Source: a virus (Duplodnaviria; Caudoviricetes). From it: 52,267 nt of DNA. This document shows positions 38,941 to 48,297 of this stretch, in pieces. Location of the stretch: positions 1 through 52,267 of IMG/VR virus record IMGVR_UViG_3300032053_000108; one strand, given 5' to 3'. The notes under the pieces are model-generated. The model was not told the DNA's origin. It saw only the letters and a list, made by a program, of their open reading frames with translations, and did no database searches. The stretch's first letter is position 1; each line of letters begins with the position of its first letter. The position numbers were made by a program, and so were the translations under genes.

Positions 38941-39954
38941 ATGACTAAGGAGCTAACTGTGGCGAACACTGAATATGAAGGACTTGATCTATCGGAGATG
39001 CAACACGAATACGAGCGAGTCAATACCGAGCCGGGTTCTTTCGGCGGCGATGACTTCCTTGAAAAATTTGTGCGTCTCCCGGAGCGTGACGGATTTACGA
39101 TTATGCGTATCCTGCCTCGCAAGAAGGGTGGCAAGCATTATTGTGCAACCCGTGTTCACACGCTTTCCAACCCCACCACCAAGAAGAAGAGAACCTATCA
39201 CTGCCCGAAGGTTCTCGTGCAGACGGATAAAGGCCCTCGTTGGCAGGGCGAATGTATCATCTGTAAGTATTACGGTGATCTCTGGCAGAAGTCTGAGTCC
39301 TTGAGCGGTAAGGCTCAACAAGACTTGCAGAATCAGGCACGGGCCATCAAGCCAGTCGAACGGTATTACTACAACGTAATCGTTCGTGCAGAAAAAGACT
39401 TCAAGACTGGCGAAAACAAGAAGAACGTCGGACCCAAGATTTACTCTTGCGGCAAGACGGTTCACGCCAAGATTGTTCGTGCTATCGTCGGCGACGAAAC
39501 CGCAGGCGAAAAGGGCTTGGGCGACATCACTCACCCAATGACTGGTCGGGATTTCCGAGTGGTCAAGAAGGTTGTCAAGGGCGGTGGTGGTGCTGAATAT
39601 CCTAACTACGATAACTCGAAGTTCGAGGATGTGGCTCCTGCTGGTTCGCCGGATGAATTGTCTACCTGGATTGAAAACCTTAACGATCTTCAGGCGCTTC
39701 GGGCCATCAAGTCCGAAGATGAATTGAAGCACGCTCTCCGTGTCCACTTGGGCATGGTCAAAGAGGGTGAATCTCAAGACGATGACCTGAACGAATTCCG
39801 CAATGCTGGTCACACGGCTTCATCGCCTTCGACCGCATCGGAATCTGTTCGTGAGGAATTGACTGTTAGCAGCACTCCTGCCGCTTCTGAAGGCAAGAGC
39901 GGAGAAGAGATTCTCGCTGACGACGATTTCATGAAAGAACTCGAAGGCATGTAA
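38941..39954 (+). CDS. Single-stranded DNA-binding protein, gp32-like
   Basis: MRILP, H..C...CIIC Zn ligands, RYYYNVIV, GRDF, YDNSKF, acidic tail. Confidence 0.85.
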   Translation: MTKELTVANTEYEGLDLSEMQHEYERVNTEPGSFGGDDFLEKFVRLPERDGFTIMRILPRKKGGKHYCATRVHTLSNPTTKKKRTYHCPKVLVQTDKGPRWQGECIICKYYGDLWQKSESLSGKAQQDLQNQARAIKPVERYYYNVIVRAEKDFKTGENKKNVGPKIYSCGKTVHAKIVRAIVGDETAGEKGLGDITHPMTGRDFRVVKKVVKGGGGAEYPNYDNSKFEDVAPAGSPDELSTWIENLNDLQALRAIKSEDELKHALRVHLGMVKEGESQDDDLNEFRNAGHTASSPSTASESVREELTVSSTPAASEGKSGEEILADDDFMKELEGM

Positions 39955-39970
39955 CCTTCTGTTCCACTAG

Positions 39971-40006
39971 GCCATCCAGGGCCTCAAAACCCTGGATGGC
40001 TTTTTT
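39971..40006 (+). terminator. Intrinsic terminator
   Basis: GCCATCCAGGG...CCCTGGATGGC-TTTTTT. Confidence 0.88.
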
Positions 40007-40024
40007 CTTGAGTTTTCAATAAAT

Positions 40025-40041
40025 GTGCCTTTCATTGGCAC
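40025..40041 (+). promoter_or_regulatory. Leader hairpin/operator, copy 2 (upstream of recA)
   Basis: GTGCC-TTTCATT-GGCAC, identical to 11863-11879. Confidence 0.65.
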
Positions 40042-40060
40042 TCAATACTTAGAGGTTCTA

Positions 40061-41296
40061 ATGGCAAAGAAGAAAGCTGCTGCGGGTGGTGGAGTTGATG
40101 ATGATTTTTTCGAGTCGCTGGCCGAATCAACGGGCGGTGATGTTTTGGATACCATAGATTCTGTTCGGTATTTTGTTGATACCGGCTCACTCGCTATCAA
40201 CTATATTTGTTCTGGGCAGTTCATCACGGGAGGTATTCCTGGTGGCAAGCTGACAGAAATCTATGGACCCAACTCGTCCTCGAAGTCTTTGCTAGGTGCG
40301 AATATTTTGTTCGGCACACAACGAGCAAAGGGCATTGCGGTTCTAATGGACTGCGAGAACTCTGCGAATAAAGAGTTCATTCAACAAGCCTCTCACTGTA
40401 ACTTGAAGCGTATTGTGCGTCATACGCCACAGTCGCTTGAGCAAGTATTCACCAAGATGTACAAGGTGATCGAGAAGGCTCGTGAAAAGATTTCGATGGA
40501 AATCCCTATCGTTATTGTTTACGACTCAATCGGCGTGTCTCCGTCCGAGCGTGAGTTGAAGGAAGTGGCTTTGCCGGAAGGTTATACTGCTGCTGACTTC
40601 AAGCGTATTGTTGGTGGTCACGAACAGCCGGGCGAACGGGCCAAGATTTGCTCCCGTGAATTCCGCAAGCTGAACACCGTGATGGAGAAGAACAACGCTA
40701 CCGTTGTCATCCTAAACCAGACTCGTGCTAAGATCGGCGGTTATGCCCCTATGGGTCAGCAGGCGTTGACTACGGCTGGTGGTGGCAACGCACTTCCTTT
40801 CTATGCTTCCTGTCGTCTTGAAACCAGGACGCAAATGAAGATCGAAAGGAAGATCACAGCGAAGAAGAAAAAGATTCTCGGCATCAACGTGAAGCTGAAG
40901 AATGTAAAGAACAAGACTCACCGGCCCTTTGTCGAGTCGGAGAACATTCAGTTGTTGTTCGATAAAGGCATCAACCCACTCAGCGGTCTGCTAAGTTGTT
41001 TGCTGGACGCAGAACGCATCGAGATCAAAGGCTCTGGAAACTTTGTGGTGAAAGAGCCTTGGGCCGGTGGGTCTGAAGTCAAGTTCAAGGCCAGCATGGA
41101 ACGCAATGACCTTCCTGCTGAAATCTTGATGCAATGTCCGGCTTTGATCGACGCAATTTCTGCGGAGCAGATCAAGGATTACCTGGAGCCATTCCAAGAG
41201 TCCATCAACTTCCGACCTGAAGACAATACCGACATCGAATTGAGCGGTGTTGGCGATGACGATGATGACGATATTGATGAAGAGTTAGAAGGCTAA
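40061..41296 (+). CDS. recA: RecA/UvsX recombinase
   Basis: DTGSLAIN, GGIPGGKLTEIYGPNSSSKS, YDSI, LNQTR, GGNALPFYAS.R, KNK. Confidence 0.92.
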   Translation: MAKKKAAAGGGVDDDFFESLAESTGGDVLDTIDSVRYFVDTGSLAINYICSGQFITGGIPGGKLTEIYGPNSSSKSLLGANILFGTQRAKGIAVLMDCENSANKEFIQQASHCNLKRIVRHTPQSLEQVFTKMYKVIEKAREKISMEIPIVIVYDSIGVSPSERELKEVALPEGYTAADFKRIVGGHEQPGERAKICSREFRKLNTVMEKNNATVVILNQTRAKIGGYAPMGQQALTTAGGGNALPFYASCRLETRTQMKIERKITAKKKKILGINVKLKNVKNKTHRPFVESENIQLLFDKGINPLSGLLSCLLDAERIEIKGSGNFVVKEPWAGGSEVKFKASMERNDLPAEILMQCPALIDAISAEQIKDYLEPFQESINFRPEDNTDIELSGVGDDDDDDIDEELEG

Positions 41297-41304
41297 AGGC
41301 CAAT

Positions 41305-41470
41305 AAGTGCTGACAACGGGCCGGTCTTGAGTCGGTGGTGTCGGCAACTATAAGTAATCACATCATTTGGTCCGCTGGTAGCGTCAAAAGTGCTGACAAC
41401 GGGCCGGTCTTGAGTCGGTGGTGTCGGCAACTATAAGTAATCACATCATTTGGTCCGCTGGTAGCGTCAA
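41305..41470. repeat. Exact 83-bp tandem duplication
   Basis: 41305-41387 equals 41388-41470. Confidence 0.95.
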
Positions 41471-42434
41471 ACACTATCAGCGGATAATTTTGCGCCATGT
41501 CACCATCTAAGTAAACGGTTAATTTACCTTCATTAGTCGCAGACCAGAGGCCAATTCTGTTTCTGTGGTTATTGTGGATGAATATTTCTTCAACGACATT
41601 GTTGGGATTCATAATGACCCATTTTTTGTGGTTGTCTGTTATGGACGAAGAAATAAAAGATAGATTCTTGTAGGGAGCTTCATGCTCAGGCGACATGGAT
41701 TCCAGCCAATTCATTACGCAGGCATTTTTGTCTCTGGCGACCCAATGGATGTGATTGAAGTGTCCTTGGAATTCTGAGAATTTGCAAATCTCTGGTCGAA
41801 CAGTCAAAAACCTTACTGTTGTTGGATGCACTTTCACCATGCGTGCGCAGAAGCATAATCCATGATCCCCGAATCCTTCAGGTATTTCTTTTCTTAATTT
41901 GAAATACTTCTGAGCATTGGCGTCGTTCAAAATTCGCTTCATGGCAGCATTGCTGGTTATTGACATTTCATATTCGTGTGGCGGGGTGTCATCTGAATGT
42001 TTATACCAATGATTGAAACCCAATTTTTCCAATACGAATCTTTCAACTGGTTGAACATCCCAATTGAGTTCTCCTGTGATGTGATATTCTCTGTCGTGAT
42101 CGAAGTGTGATTCCAGGTTATTCATTAACCCGCCGATGTCATTCATGGTGTCTTCGTCAATACGGTAGTACCACTTGGCCGTGTCAGGCTTGGCGATTGC
42201 ATCGTAGTAGTGATAGATTCTTTGAGCGACGTGTTTGTACGGTGTGACGGCAATTTCCACATCAACACCGTCTGGCCAACCACCTTCAAATACCGACAAG
42301 TCATTGTCGCAAGCAGCCGCCAGAACGAGTTTGATTTTGTGATCGCCTATGTTTCTGAGGCCCCACTTTTTGAAGTCCACAAATCTTTGGGCCATCTGTG
42401 CTTCAGCCGGAACAAGTATTTCCAAGTCGTACAT
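41358..42434 (-). CDS. Glycosyltransferase-like protein (C-terminus altered by the duplication)
   Basis: WYYRIDEDT DxD-like motif, GDHGL. Confidence 0.55.
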   Translation of the reverse strand: MYDLEILVPAEAQMAQRFVDFKKWGLRNIGDHKIKLVLAAACDNDLSVFEGGWPDGVDVEIAVTPYKHVAQRIYHYYDAIAKPDTAKWYYRIDEDTMNDIGGLMNNLESHFDHDREYHITGELNWDVQPVERFVLEKLGFNHWYKHSDDTPPHEYEMSITSNAAMKRILNDANAQKYFKLRKEIPEGFGDHGLCFCARMVKVHPTTVRFLTVRPEICKFSEFQGHFNHIHWVARDKNACVMNWLESMSPEHEAPYKNLSFISSSITDNHKKWVIMNPNNVVEEIFIHNNHRNRIGLWSATNEGKLTVYLDGDMAQNYPLIVFDATSGPNDVITYSCRHHRLKTGPLSALLTLPADQMM

Positions 42435-42895
42435 TAGTTTACCTTATATTGTCCTGCGCCCAATTTCAAGAATTTGAACCCTTCTTTTTCGAGTTCAGAT
42501 TTCACACGACGCACATGATTACAGAGTGCGGCGTCGGTCAATTTGTATCGCTTGAATCGCTTCTTCAACTCTTTTAACGATACGGCATTGCGATTTTGGA
42601 ATTGTTCGTTGACGTACTTCTTTACCTTGTCGGCAATACGCAATATTTCGGCACGAGATCGCCCTTCTGTGGACATCTTTGTTTCGATGACCTCATATTG
42701 AACTTTTGGCTTTTTGTAAGCCGGATCGCACAATGCGGGGGCCAGTTCCTCAAGTTCCAATACCGTTCCTTCTTCCAATTTTACTATTGATATTTCGGCA
42801 TTGAAGGCTTTCGAGAACTCGATGAGTTGAATGAAATTCTTTTCGTGGGTGAAGAACTTGCGTTTGTCCTTCGTTTCGATGAGTAGGCAATTCAT
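42434..42895 (-). CDS. Hypothetical protein with winged-helix-like C-terminus
   Basis: AAGGAG RBS; VSLKELKKRF...LTDAALCNHVRRV. Confidence 0.6.
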   Translation of the reverse strand: MNCLLIETKDKRKFFTHEKNFIQLIEFSKAFNAEISIVKLEEGTVLELEELAPALCDPAYKKPKVQYEVIETKMSTEGRSRAEILRIADKVKKYVNEQFQNRNAVSLKELKKRFKRYKLTDAALCNHVRRVKSELEKEGFKFLKLGAGQYKVN

Positions 42896-42985
42896 AAATT
42901 TACTCCTTGTAATGAAATTATATCGCCGACTCAGCGATCCTGGTGTTTGTGTCATATAATTATCGTAGAATTGGGGATAAATCGC

Positions 42986-44017
42986 ATGGACTCACCTAAA
43001 GAAAACTTGAATTTGAACTACGTTCGCAGGTTCGGCGTCGAAATAGAGATCAACTCTTTCGATGGTCGAAACCGCCCTATTGGATACGAAGACGGCGTTC
43101 TGCCAGAAGGCATCCATTACATAGGCAATCTGGTTCAAAAGCTCTCAGAAGAGAAGGTTCTGATCCATAAGTGGGGCAATGACCACCATAACGATGTGTG
43201 GATCGTTAAACCAGATGGAAGTTGCGGCATGGAGGTTTGCACGCCCGTAATGAAGGGGTGGAACGGCGTTGTGCGAACCTGTAGGGTCATCGACGGATTT
43301 AGCAAAGACTTGAAGATCGAATCGGATACTCGCTGCTCGTTCCACGTCCATGTTGATGTCTCTGACCTGACTGAACCGCAACTTGCCAGCGTTATATCCT
43401 GGTGGATTAAATGTGAGCCAGTATTTCTGGACTCAGTTCCAGCCCGTCGCAAGAAAAATCAATATTGCCAGTTTCTTGGTGAAATGGATATATTTGACGA
43501 TATTGAAGACGGTTTGATGCCAGCCGAACTTTTGCTCAAGAGGGTAGGTCATTGCAAGTATTACACCATCAATACCTTCCACTATCAGAACAAAAAAAGA
43601 AAGACCATTGAGTTTCGCATTATGGACAATGCGTGCTGTTTGGACCCCTGGATGGCTAAAAACTGGATCAGGATGGTTTTGCACTTTGTTGAGCGTGCGG
43701 CTGCACGAGGTTTGCCAGCACCATTTGAGATGGGCAATAAGTGGTCGGGTTATTGTTGGCTTGATCCGTTCGATGTGTTTGATTTTTTGGGATTCACTCC
43801 AGGGCAATATGAAATCTCCCCAGGGTTGCAGCAAGTGCGATCTTGGTTTGTTTCCAGATTACACTCTCAGTCAAAAAACACGGGATTGCGTGGAGTCATG
43901 AGTGATAAAGGTCGCAGAATATCGCACTCGCAGATTGATGAGTTGTACGCTAATTTGGTCCCACAGGAAGCGGCTCTCTCCGAAGAAGAGATATACAGTG
44001 AGAACTTTCGTATTTAA
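42986..44017 (+). CDS. Putative amidoligase (COOH-NH2 ligase type 2)
   Basis: RRFGVEIE, DGSCGMEVCTP, CSFHVHV, TIEFR. Confidence 0.85.
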   Translation: MDSPKENLNLNYVRRFGVEIEINSFDGRNRPIGYEDGVLPEGIHYIGNLVQKLSEEKVLIHKWGNDHHNDVWIVKPDGSCGMEVCTPVMKGWNGVVRTCRVIDGFSKDLKIESDTRCSFHVHVDVSDLTEPQLASVISWWIKCEPVFLDSVPARRKKNQYCQFLGEMDIFDDIEDGLMPAELLLKRVGHCKYYTINTFHYQNKKRKTIEFRIMDNACCLDPWMAKNWIRMVLHFVERAAARGLPAPFEMGNKWSGYCWLDPFDVFDFLGFTPGQYEISPGLQQVRSWFVSRLHSQSKNTGLRGVMSDKGRRISHSQIDELYANLVPQEAALSEEEIYSENFRI

Positions 44018-44061
44018 GCGAATATATAACGCAGGGTGAATTCCCTGAATAAAGGTTTGCT

Positions 44062-44529
44062 ATGTTCTACAAGGAATCAAAACTCGAAGAGATTATCGAA
44101 GGCATGAGGGCCTTGGGTGATATGTTAATTCCCTATAACTTCCCAAAGGCACCGCCGCCGACTGCAATGGAGGATGATTTGGCTATTTTCAAACAACGAG
44201 AAGTCATTATCGACGGGTATCCCATCATGCTGCATTACCAAAAGGCTGATTACGATAAACATCTAATGGAAACGCTCCAGATTTACGGCAAGAGCAGCCC
44301 ATTTTTGCCGTTCAATTTGATCTGCAATTTGGCTAAGAGGTTTTTAGGGTCGTATCATTTGTCATTGGTTGAGATTTTCAAAGACAATAGAAAAATCTAC
44401 ATTTGGTCTGTTTGTGTTGATCGTCGAGGCCGACCCATTCTTGCTCCATTTGACACGGAAACTGAGGAATGTGAATTTGAAGGCTTGGACTATCTGTACA
44501 TGCAGCCTAGTCAGGTGAACTTTTACTAA
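44062..44529 (+). CDS. Hypothetical protein
   Basis: 155 aa ORF in an operon. Confidence 0.7.
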   Translation: MFYKESKLEEIIEGMRALGDMLIPYNFPKAPPPTAMEDDLAIFKQREVIIDGYPIMLHYQKADYDKHLMETLQIYGKSSPFLPFNLICNLAKRFLGSYHLSLVEIFKDNRKIYIWSVCVDRRGRPILAPFDTETEECEFEGLDYLYMQPSQVNFY

Positions 44530-45431
44530 TGTACAAACTGTTGCTGATAGGTTGTTTCACTTCTTGGAGAAACAACACAAGCTGCGAGTTCTTCAGCGAT
44601 GAATTCGCAAAACGATTTTCTAAATTGCCGGTGTCGCTTATCAAGCATCACTTCAACGACCCGGCTTTTCCAGAGGCAGACATTGCCTTGATCCACGCCT
44701 ACGATTCTACCGAGGCAGTTCAACAAGTATCTGAGATCAAGAAAAAGGTCAAGAAGGTTGTGTTGTTTATGGAGGAGCCTAAATATGAATTGGGCTTCGA
44801 CCATTGCTATTTTTACAACCAGAAATTTATACATGGCAACAAAGGCACCTACATTCGTATTCCTTTGGCAAAAGACCAATATGAAATGGTGCCTAAAGAG
44901 CCTGGGTCAATCTTGTTGGATCACGATTGTCAGCTATTTCCAGATCACGGAATTTCTGGTCACGACTGGACAGAGCGGCTGTGGGCTTTTTTTGAAAAAA
45001 ATAAACAATACAGGCCGGTCTATCAACTAGAGCGTGGCAATGTCAAGCACCCAGATTTCATCAAAAAATTATCCATTCAATCTCACCAAGATTATTTAAG
45101 TGCAACTGCTCACATTGAGACTTTTGTTTGCACGCACGCAGGAAAATACAATCACACGGCAGTTGATATGGCAGTGCGAGGTTCTAAAGTTATTGTTCCG
45201 ATGGTTCCAGGAACATTTCACAATACATTTGTTCCTGAATGTCTTGTTAGAGATTTGAACATGGCTTTGATTCTCAACGAGCAACAGCTTGGTGCGGCAT
45301 TGAATCTTATCAAGACTGGTTCAAGACGAGATCGGCCTGCCATTGATATGGCAACTGATTTAGATGAGGTTGTCTCGATTATGGATAGAGACTTCAAATC
45401 TTGGACTAGAAAAAAGATTGTGCTTCCTTGA
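44529..45431 (+). CDS. Hypothetical protein, possibly glycosyltransferase-like
   Basis: 300 aa; TAATG coupling; weak GT-B-like layout. Confidence 0.55.
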   Translation: MYKLLLIGCFTSWRNNTSCEFFSDEFAKRFSKLPVSLIKHHFNDPAFPEADIALIHAYDSTEAVQQVSEIKKKVKKVVLFMEEPKYELGFDHCYFYNQKFIHGNKGTYIRIPLAKDQYEMVPKEPGSILLDHDCQLFPDHGISGHDWTERLWAFFEKNKQYRPVYQLERGNVKHPDFIKKLSIQSHQDYLSATAHIETFVCTHAGKYNHTAVDMAVRGSKVIVPMVPGTFHNTFVPECLVRDLNMALILNEQQLGAALNLIKTGSRRDRPAIDMATDLDEVVSIMDRDFKSWTRKKIVLP

Positions 45432-45468
45432 AAATTGAATTCTCTTGGCGGGCAGCGTTCTTTGGAGT

Positions 45469-45891
45469 TTATGTTAAAAGTTTACAATTTGCGAGAGTGA
45501 TGTGAAAGCACTTCAGGTAGCCGTCAGGTGGTTGGGTGTATTTGTCATGGACATAAAGACCAAGCTCAACTCTGATCTCTTCCAGACGAGTGCTGAAGGC
45601 ATTGATCCACCAATATACTCGACCATTGTGGACGTAATTGGTGTATTCAAATTCAACCTGTTGACCTTCGTATTTTCCCCAATGCTCCATATTCACAGAA
45701 TGTTCGTGTCGCACAACGGAGATGTGTGGGGCGTATCGTTGTGGATTGAGTGTAATGTATTTGGGCATCATCGCACGACAAAAAGAGGCGATGCCAGGAT
45801 CAACCTCTAGGACGAGTTTGAACCCAGCATCGCCTGCGTGACTATATCGAAGCGTTCCGTCACTCTTGTGCAGCAGCATCCCAAAACTCAT
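45469..45891 (-). CDS. 2H phosphodiesterase
   Basis: Two HxS/T motifs: PHISV and FHITL. Confidence 0.8.
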   Translation of the reverse strand: MSFGMLLHKSDGTLRYSHAGDAGFKLVLEVDPGIASFCRAMMPKYITLNPQRYAPHISVVRHEHSVNMEHWGKYEGQQVEFEYTNYVHNGRVYWWINAFSTRLEEIRVELGLYVHDKYTQPPDGYLKCFHITLANCKLLT

Positions 45892-46201
45892 CGGCCTTCA
45901 CCAATGCCCTCATTATATTTTTTGCACCAACGGCATTCTTGGAATGTACTGCCCAGGTCAATCGGGGCAGATTGCCATGATACGCTTGTTCCTCGATCCA
46001 ATTGGCTACGTCCATGCCAGTACCGGCGATGGGTGGTCCAAGGTCATGATCGAGAGAGACAAACGTAACTTGGCCTTGGTTCAGGTAGGCAATCGCTACG
46101 TCAGCAGTTTTTGCCCAAACTTCGTCACCCTCGGCCCCAAAAATACTTTGAATTTTGGGGTCACGAGGATCACGTTCATCGTCCAGCCAGAGTTTCATCA
46201 C
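45860..46201 (-). CDS. Cyclic-phosphate-processing receiver-domain protein
   Basis: LWLDDERDP, SLDHDLG, TGMDV..WIE, VHS.N.VG. Confidence 0.85.
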   Translation of the reverse strand: MMKLWLDDERDPRDPKIQSIFGAEGDEVWAKTADVAIAYLNQGQVTFVSLDHDLGPPIAGTGMDVANWIEEQAYHGNLPRLTWAVHSKNAVGAKNIMRALVKADEFWDAAAQE

Positions 46202-47468
46202 TAGACCTCTGATAAGCAGCCGATTCAGCCCCGCTCATTGCGTCACTGATCGCTTTGCCTTTTAGGTGCATGAAGTCTTGTGACCTCACGGTGGGTTGGT
46301 AATTCAGGAAGTGTTGAAGTTCCGCTTCCTTGCCAGAGATTCTAGCGAAATCCAATACGTCCGTCGTTAGGACTTCTTGTCCTGCCGCTTGAAGTTTTGG
46401 ATTTTCCAGTTGCTTGTGCAAGTCTCGGTGCTTCAACAGTTGAGCTACCTGCGACACGTCGAATCGGTACAGTCTGACCAGAAAGGAAGTTGCATCAGAA
46501 ACATCGTTGGCGTACTTGAGGCGATTGAGTTGGATGCGGACGGCTTTAGGGTCGTCTTGCTTCAACAGCCATGCAAGGACAGCTTTGATGTTCTTGATGT
46601 TTCCAATACGATCTACATCGTGCATATCGACTTGAAGACCAGGGAATACTGCGGGCAGCAATCCGGTGGCTTCGTAGTTCCTCAGATAGTTGACCGGGCT
46701 GGCCGCTTTCTGAAGACCGCCAGTGAACTCGGCGGCAATACGTTCTGGAGACACACCAGCTAGGTCTTTGAATTCTTTAATGGCCGCTAGGGTGTCTTTA
46801 TCCAGATGTTGCATGATGTATCCAGGATTGAAGCGTGAGAAGAACCGAACAAGTCGGGGGATTCTCAGCTTGTCTTCTTGGAAGCGATCACGAGCATTTC
46901 CTACAGGTCGGTGAACAAGATTTTTGATGTCATGCAGCCCTTGTCCTTCTCCTTCGTGGTTCAGGTTGTAGTCCCTGATTTCCTTCTTGTGAATATCGTA
47001 GAACAGAGCGTTGTAGGTCAGGTCACGACGTTGAGCGTCCTTGGCCGGAGTGCTGAAGCTCACGGAGTCAGGACGCCGCCCATCGGTGTATTGACCGTCT
47101 TCTCGGAAGGTGGCGATCTCGTATTCTTCTCCGTCAACAACGGCAGAAATAACTCCGAAAGCCTCGCCTTTCGGAAAGGTTTTGATGCCGTGCGAAAGAG
47201 CAGCCGGACTCCCCAAGATCGCCATCACTTTTTCTGGCGGTGCTTCAGTGGCAAGGTCTACGTCCTTCGGAGAGAATTTTCCCCCATGATGGTGGGAGTA
47301 GAGAAAATCACGGATTACTCCACCCACAGCAAACAACGAGGCTCCCTGACGAGCAAAAAGCTCGCTGAGGGTATACACCGCTGCGGGGAGCGGAATATCT
47401 GCCTTCATGCTGTGAAATTTTTCTTCCACGGTTTCTAAAAACCCCCTAAATTTAAGCTGTGCGACCAT
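46176..47468 (-). CDS. cca: CCA-adding tRNA nucleotidyltransferase (class II)
   Basis: VGGVIRD, DVDLAT, EIATFR, DAQRRDLTYNAL, FQEDKLRI.R, SPERI. Confidence 0.9.
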   Translation of the reverse strand: MVAQLKFRGFLETVEEKFHSMKADIPLPAAVYTLSELFARQGASLFAVGGVIRDFLYSHHHGGKFSPKDVDLATEAPPEKVMAILGSPAALSHGIKTFPKGEAFGVISAVVDGEEYEIATFREDGQYTDGRRPDSVSFSTPAKDAQRRDLTYNALFYDIHKKEIRDYNLNHEGEGQGLHDIKNLVHRPVGNARDRFQEDKLRIPRLVRFFSRFNPGYIMQHLDKDTLAAIKEFKDLAGVSPERIAAEFTGGLQKAASPVNYLRNYEATGLLPAVFPGLQVDMHDVDRIGNIKNIKAVLAWLLKQDDPKAVRIQLNRLKYANDVSDATSFLVRLYRFDVSQVAQLLKHRDLHKQLENPKLQAAGQEVLTTDVLDFARISGKEAELQHFLNYQPTVRSQDFMHLKGKAISDAMSGAESAAYQRSSDETLAGR

Positions 47469-47598
47469 GATTTTCCCCAGATTGTACCATATTTTGGCGT
47501 TGTTGTAAAGCGTTCGATATTCCTTTCGTCATGGGAATATATACCTTCGTAGCGTCGGTCTATTCGACGCAAATAACCTTTCAAACGAGGGTCCACAC

Positions 47599-47907
47599 AT
47601 GACAAACATGACAAAGAATAAAATTCAGTCGCTTATTGTCGAGCATCTTCTCAAGCACGGACAGATCGAACTTGTACTCCCAGACGGAGTAACACTCGAA
47701 ATCGGACTCACCCAAGAAGACCAAGAGGGTAAACTAACAATTCATGACGATTATTGTTGGGTCATTGCATCTCAAGGTGGCCGAGCCACGAGTATTGACT
47801 CATACAATATGGGCCTTCGTTTTGCAGACAAAGAAAATATCTTGGTGTTTGAAGATAAATTCGTGGACCAAGATGGAGAGAAAGTTCGCCGCTTAGATGT
47901 AGTTTAA
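47599..47907 (+). CDS. Hypothetical protein
   Basis: GAGG RBS; 102 aa. Confidence 0.7.
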   Translation: MTNMTKNKIQSLIVEHLLKHGQIELVLPDGVTLEIGLTQEDQEGKLTIHDDYCWVIASQGGRATSIDSYNMGLRFADKENILVFEDKFVDQDGEKVRRLDVV

Positions 47908-47929
47908 TATAATCAAAAAATATTTCATC

Positions 47930-48283
47930 TTAGACGCAATAAAGGTTGCCCATCGTATTCACATGCGTTATACTGCCGTTGCAGGATAAATGAAGTTCCA
48001 TAGTTCCTTCAGCCATTTGAGTTGAGGTAATGGGAATATGGAACTCAACCCATAGGTTGAAGCCTGTGGGAATCCAATAGCATCGGGAGAGCGTAAGAGA
48101 TACGCCTTTGGGTTTTATTTCGCTCGATGATATAATGGCAAGGCGGTTGATATTTGCCTTTACGGTCTGTAATACGAAGGCCAACAGCCTTGAACTATCC
48201 AAGAAGTGTGTCCAGTTTGCGACTAAGAGTTCTTCCAGTTTGTCTTCTCTGAAGGTGTTCTTCAGCACACTTACCAATTCCAT
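47930..48283 (-). CDS. Hypothetical protein
   Basis: 117 aa ORF. Confidence 0.6.
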   Translation of the reverse strand: MELVSVLKNTFREDKLEELLVANWTHFLDSSRLLAFVLQTVKANINRLAIISSSEIKPKGVSLTLSRCYWIPTGFNLWVEFHIPITSTQMAEGTMELHLSCNGSITHVNTMGNLYCV

Positions 48284-48297
48284 GTTTGGAGTTTCCC

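Noticed and set aside
38989-39813. Long antisense ORFs (274 aa here; also 11893-12513, 46878-47438, 50866-51492)
   Set aside because: Shadows of well-supported genes on the opposite strand.
41305-41470. CRISPR array
   Set aside because: Two abutting 83-bp units with no spacers and no cas genes.
47552-47570. GCGTCG-GTCTATT-CGACGC as a fourth copy of the replication hairpin
   Set aside because: Same loop length, but stem and loop sequences do not fit the consensus.
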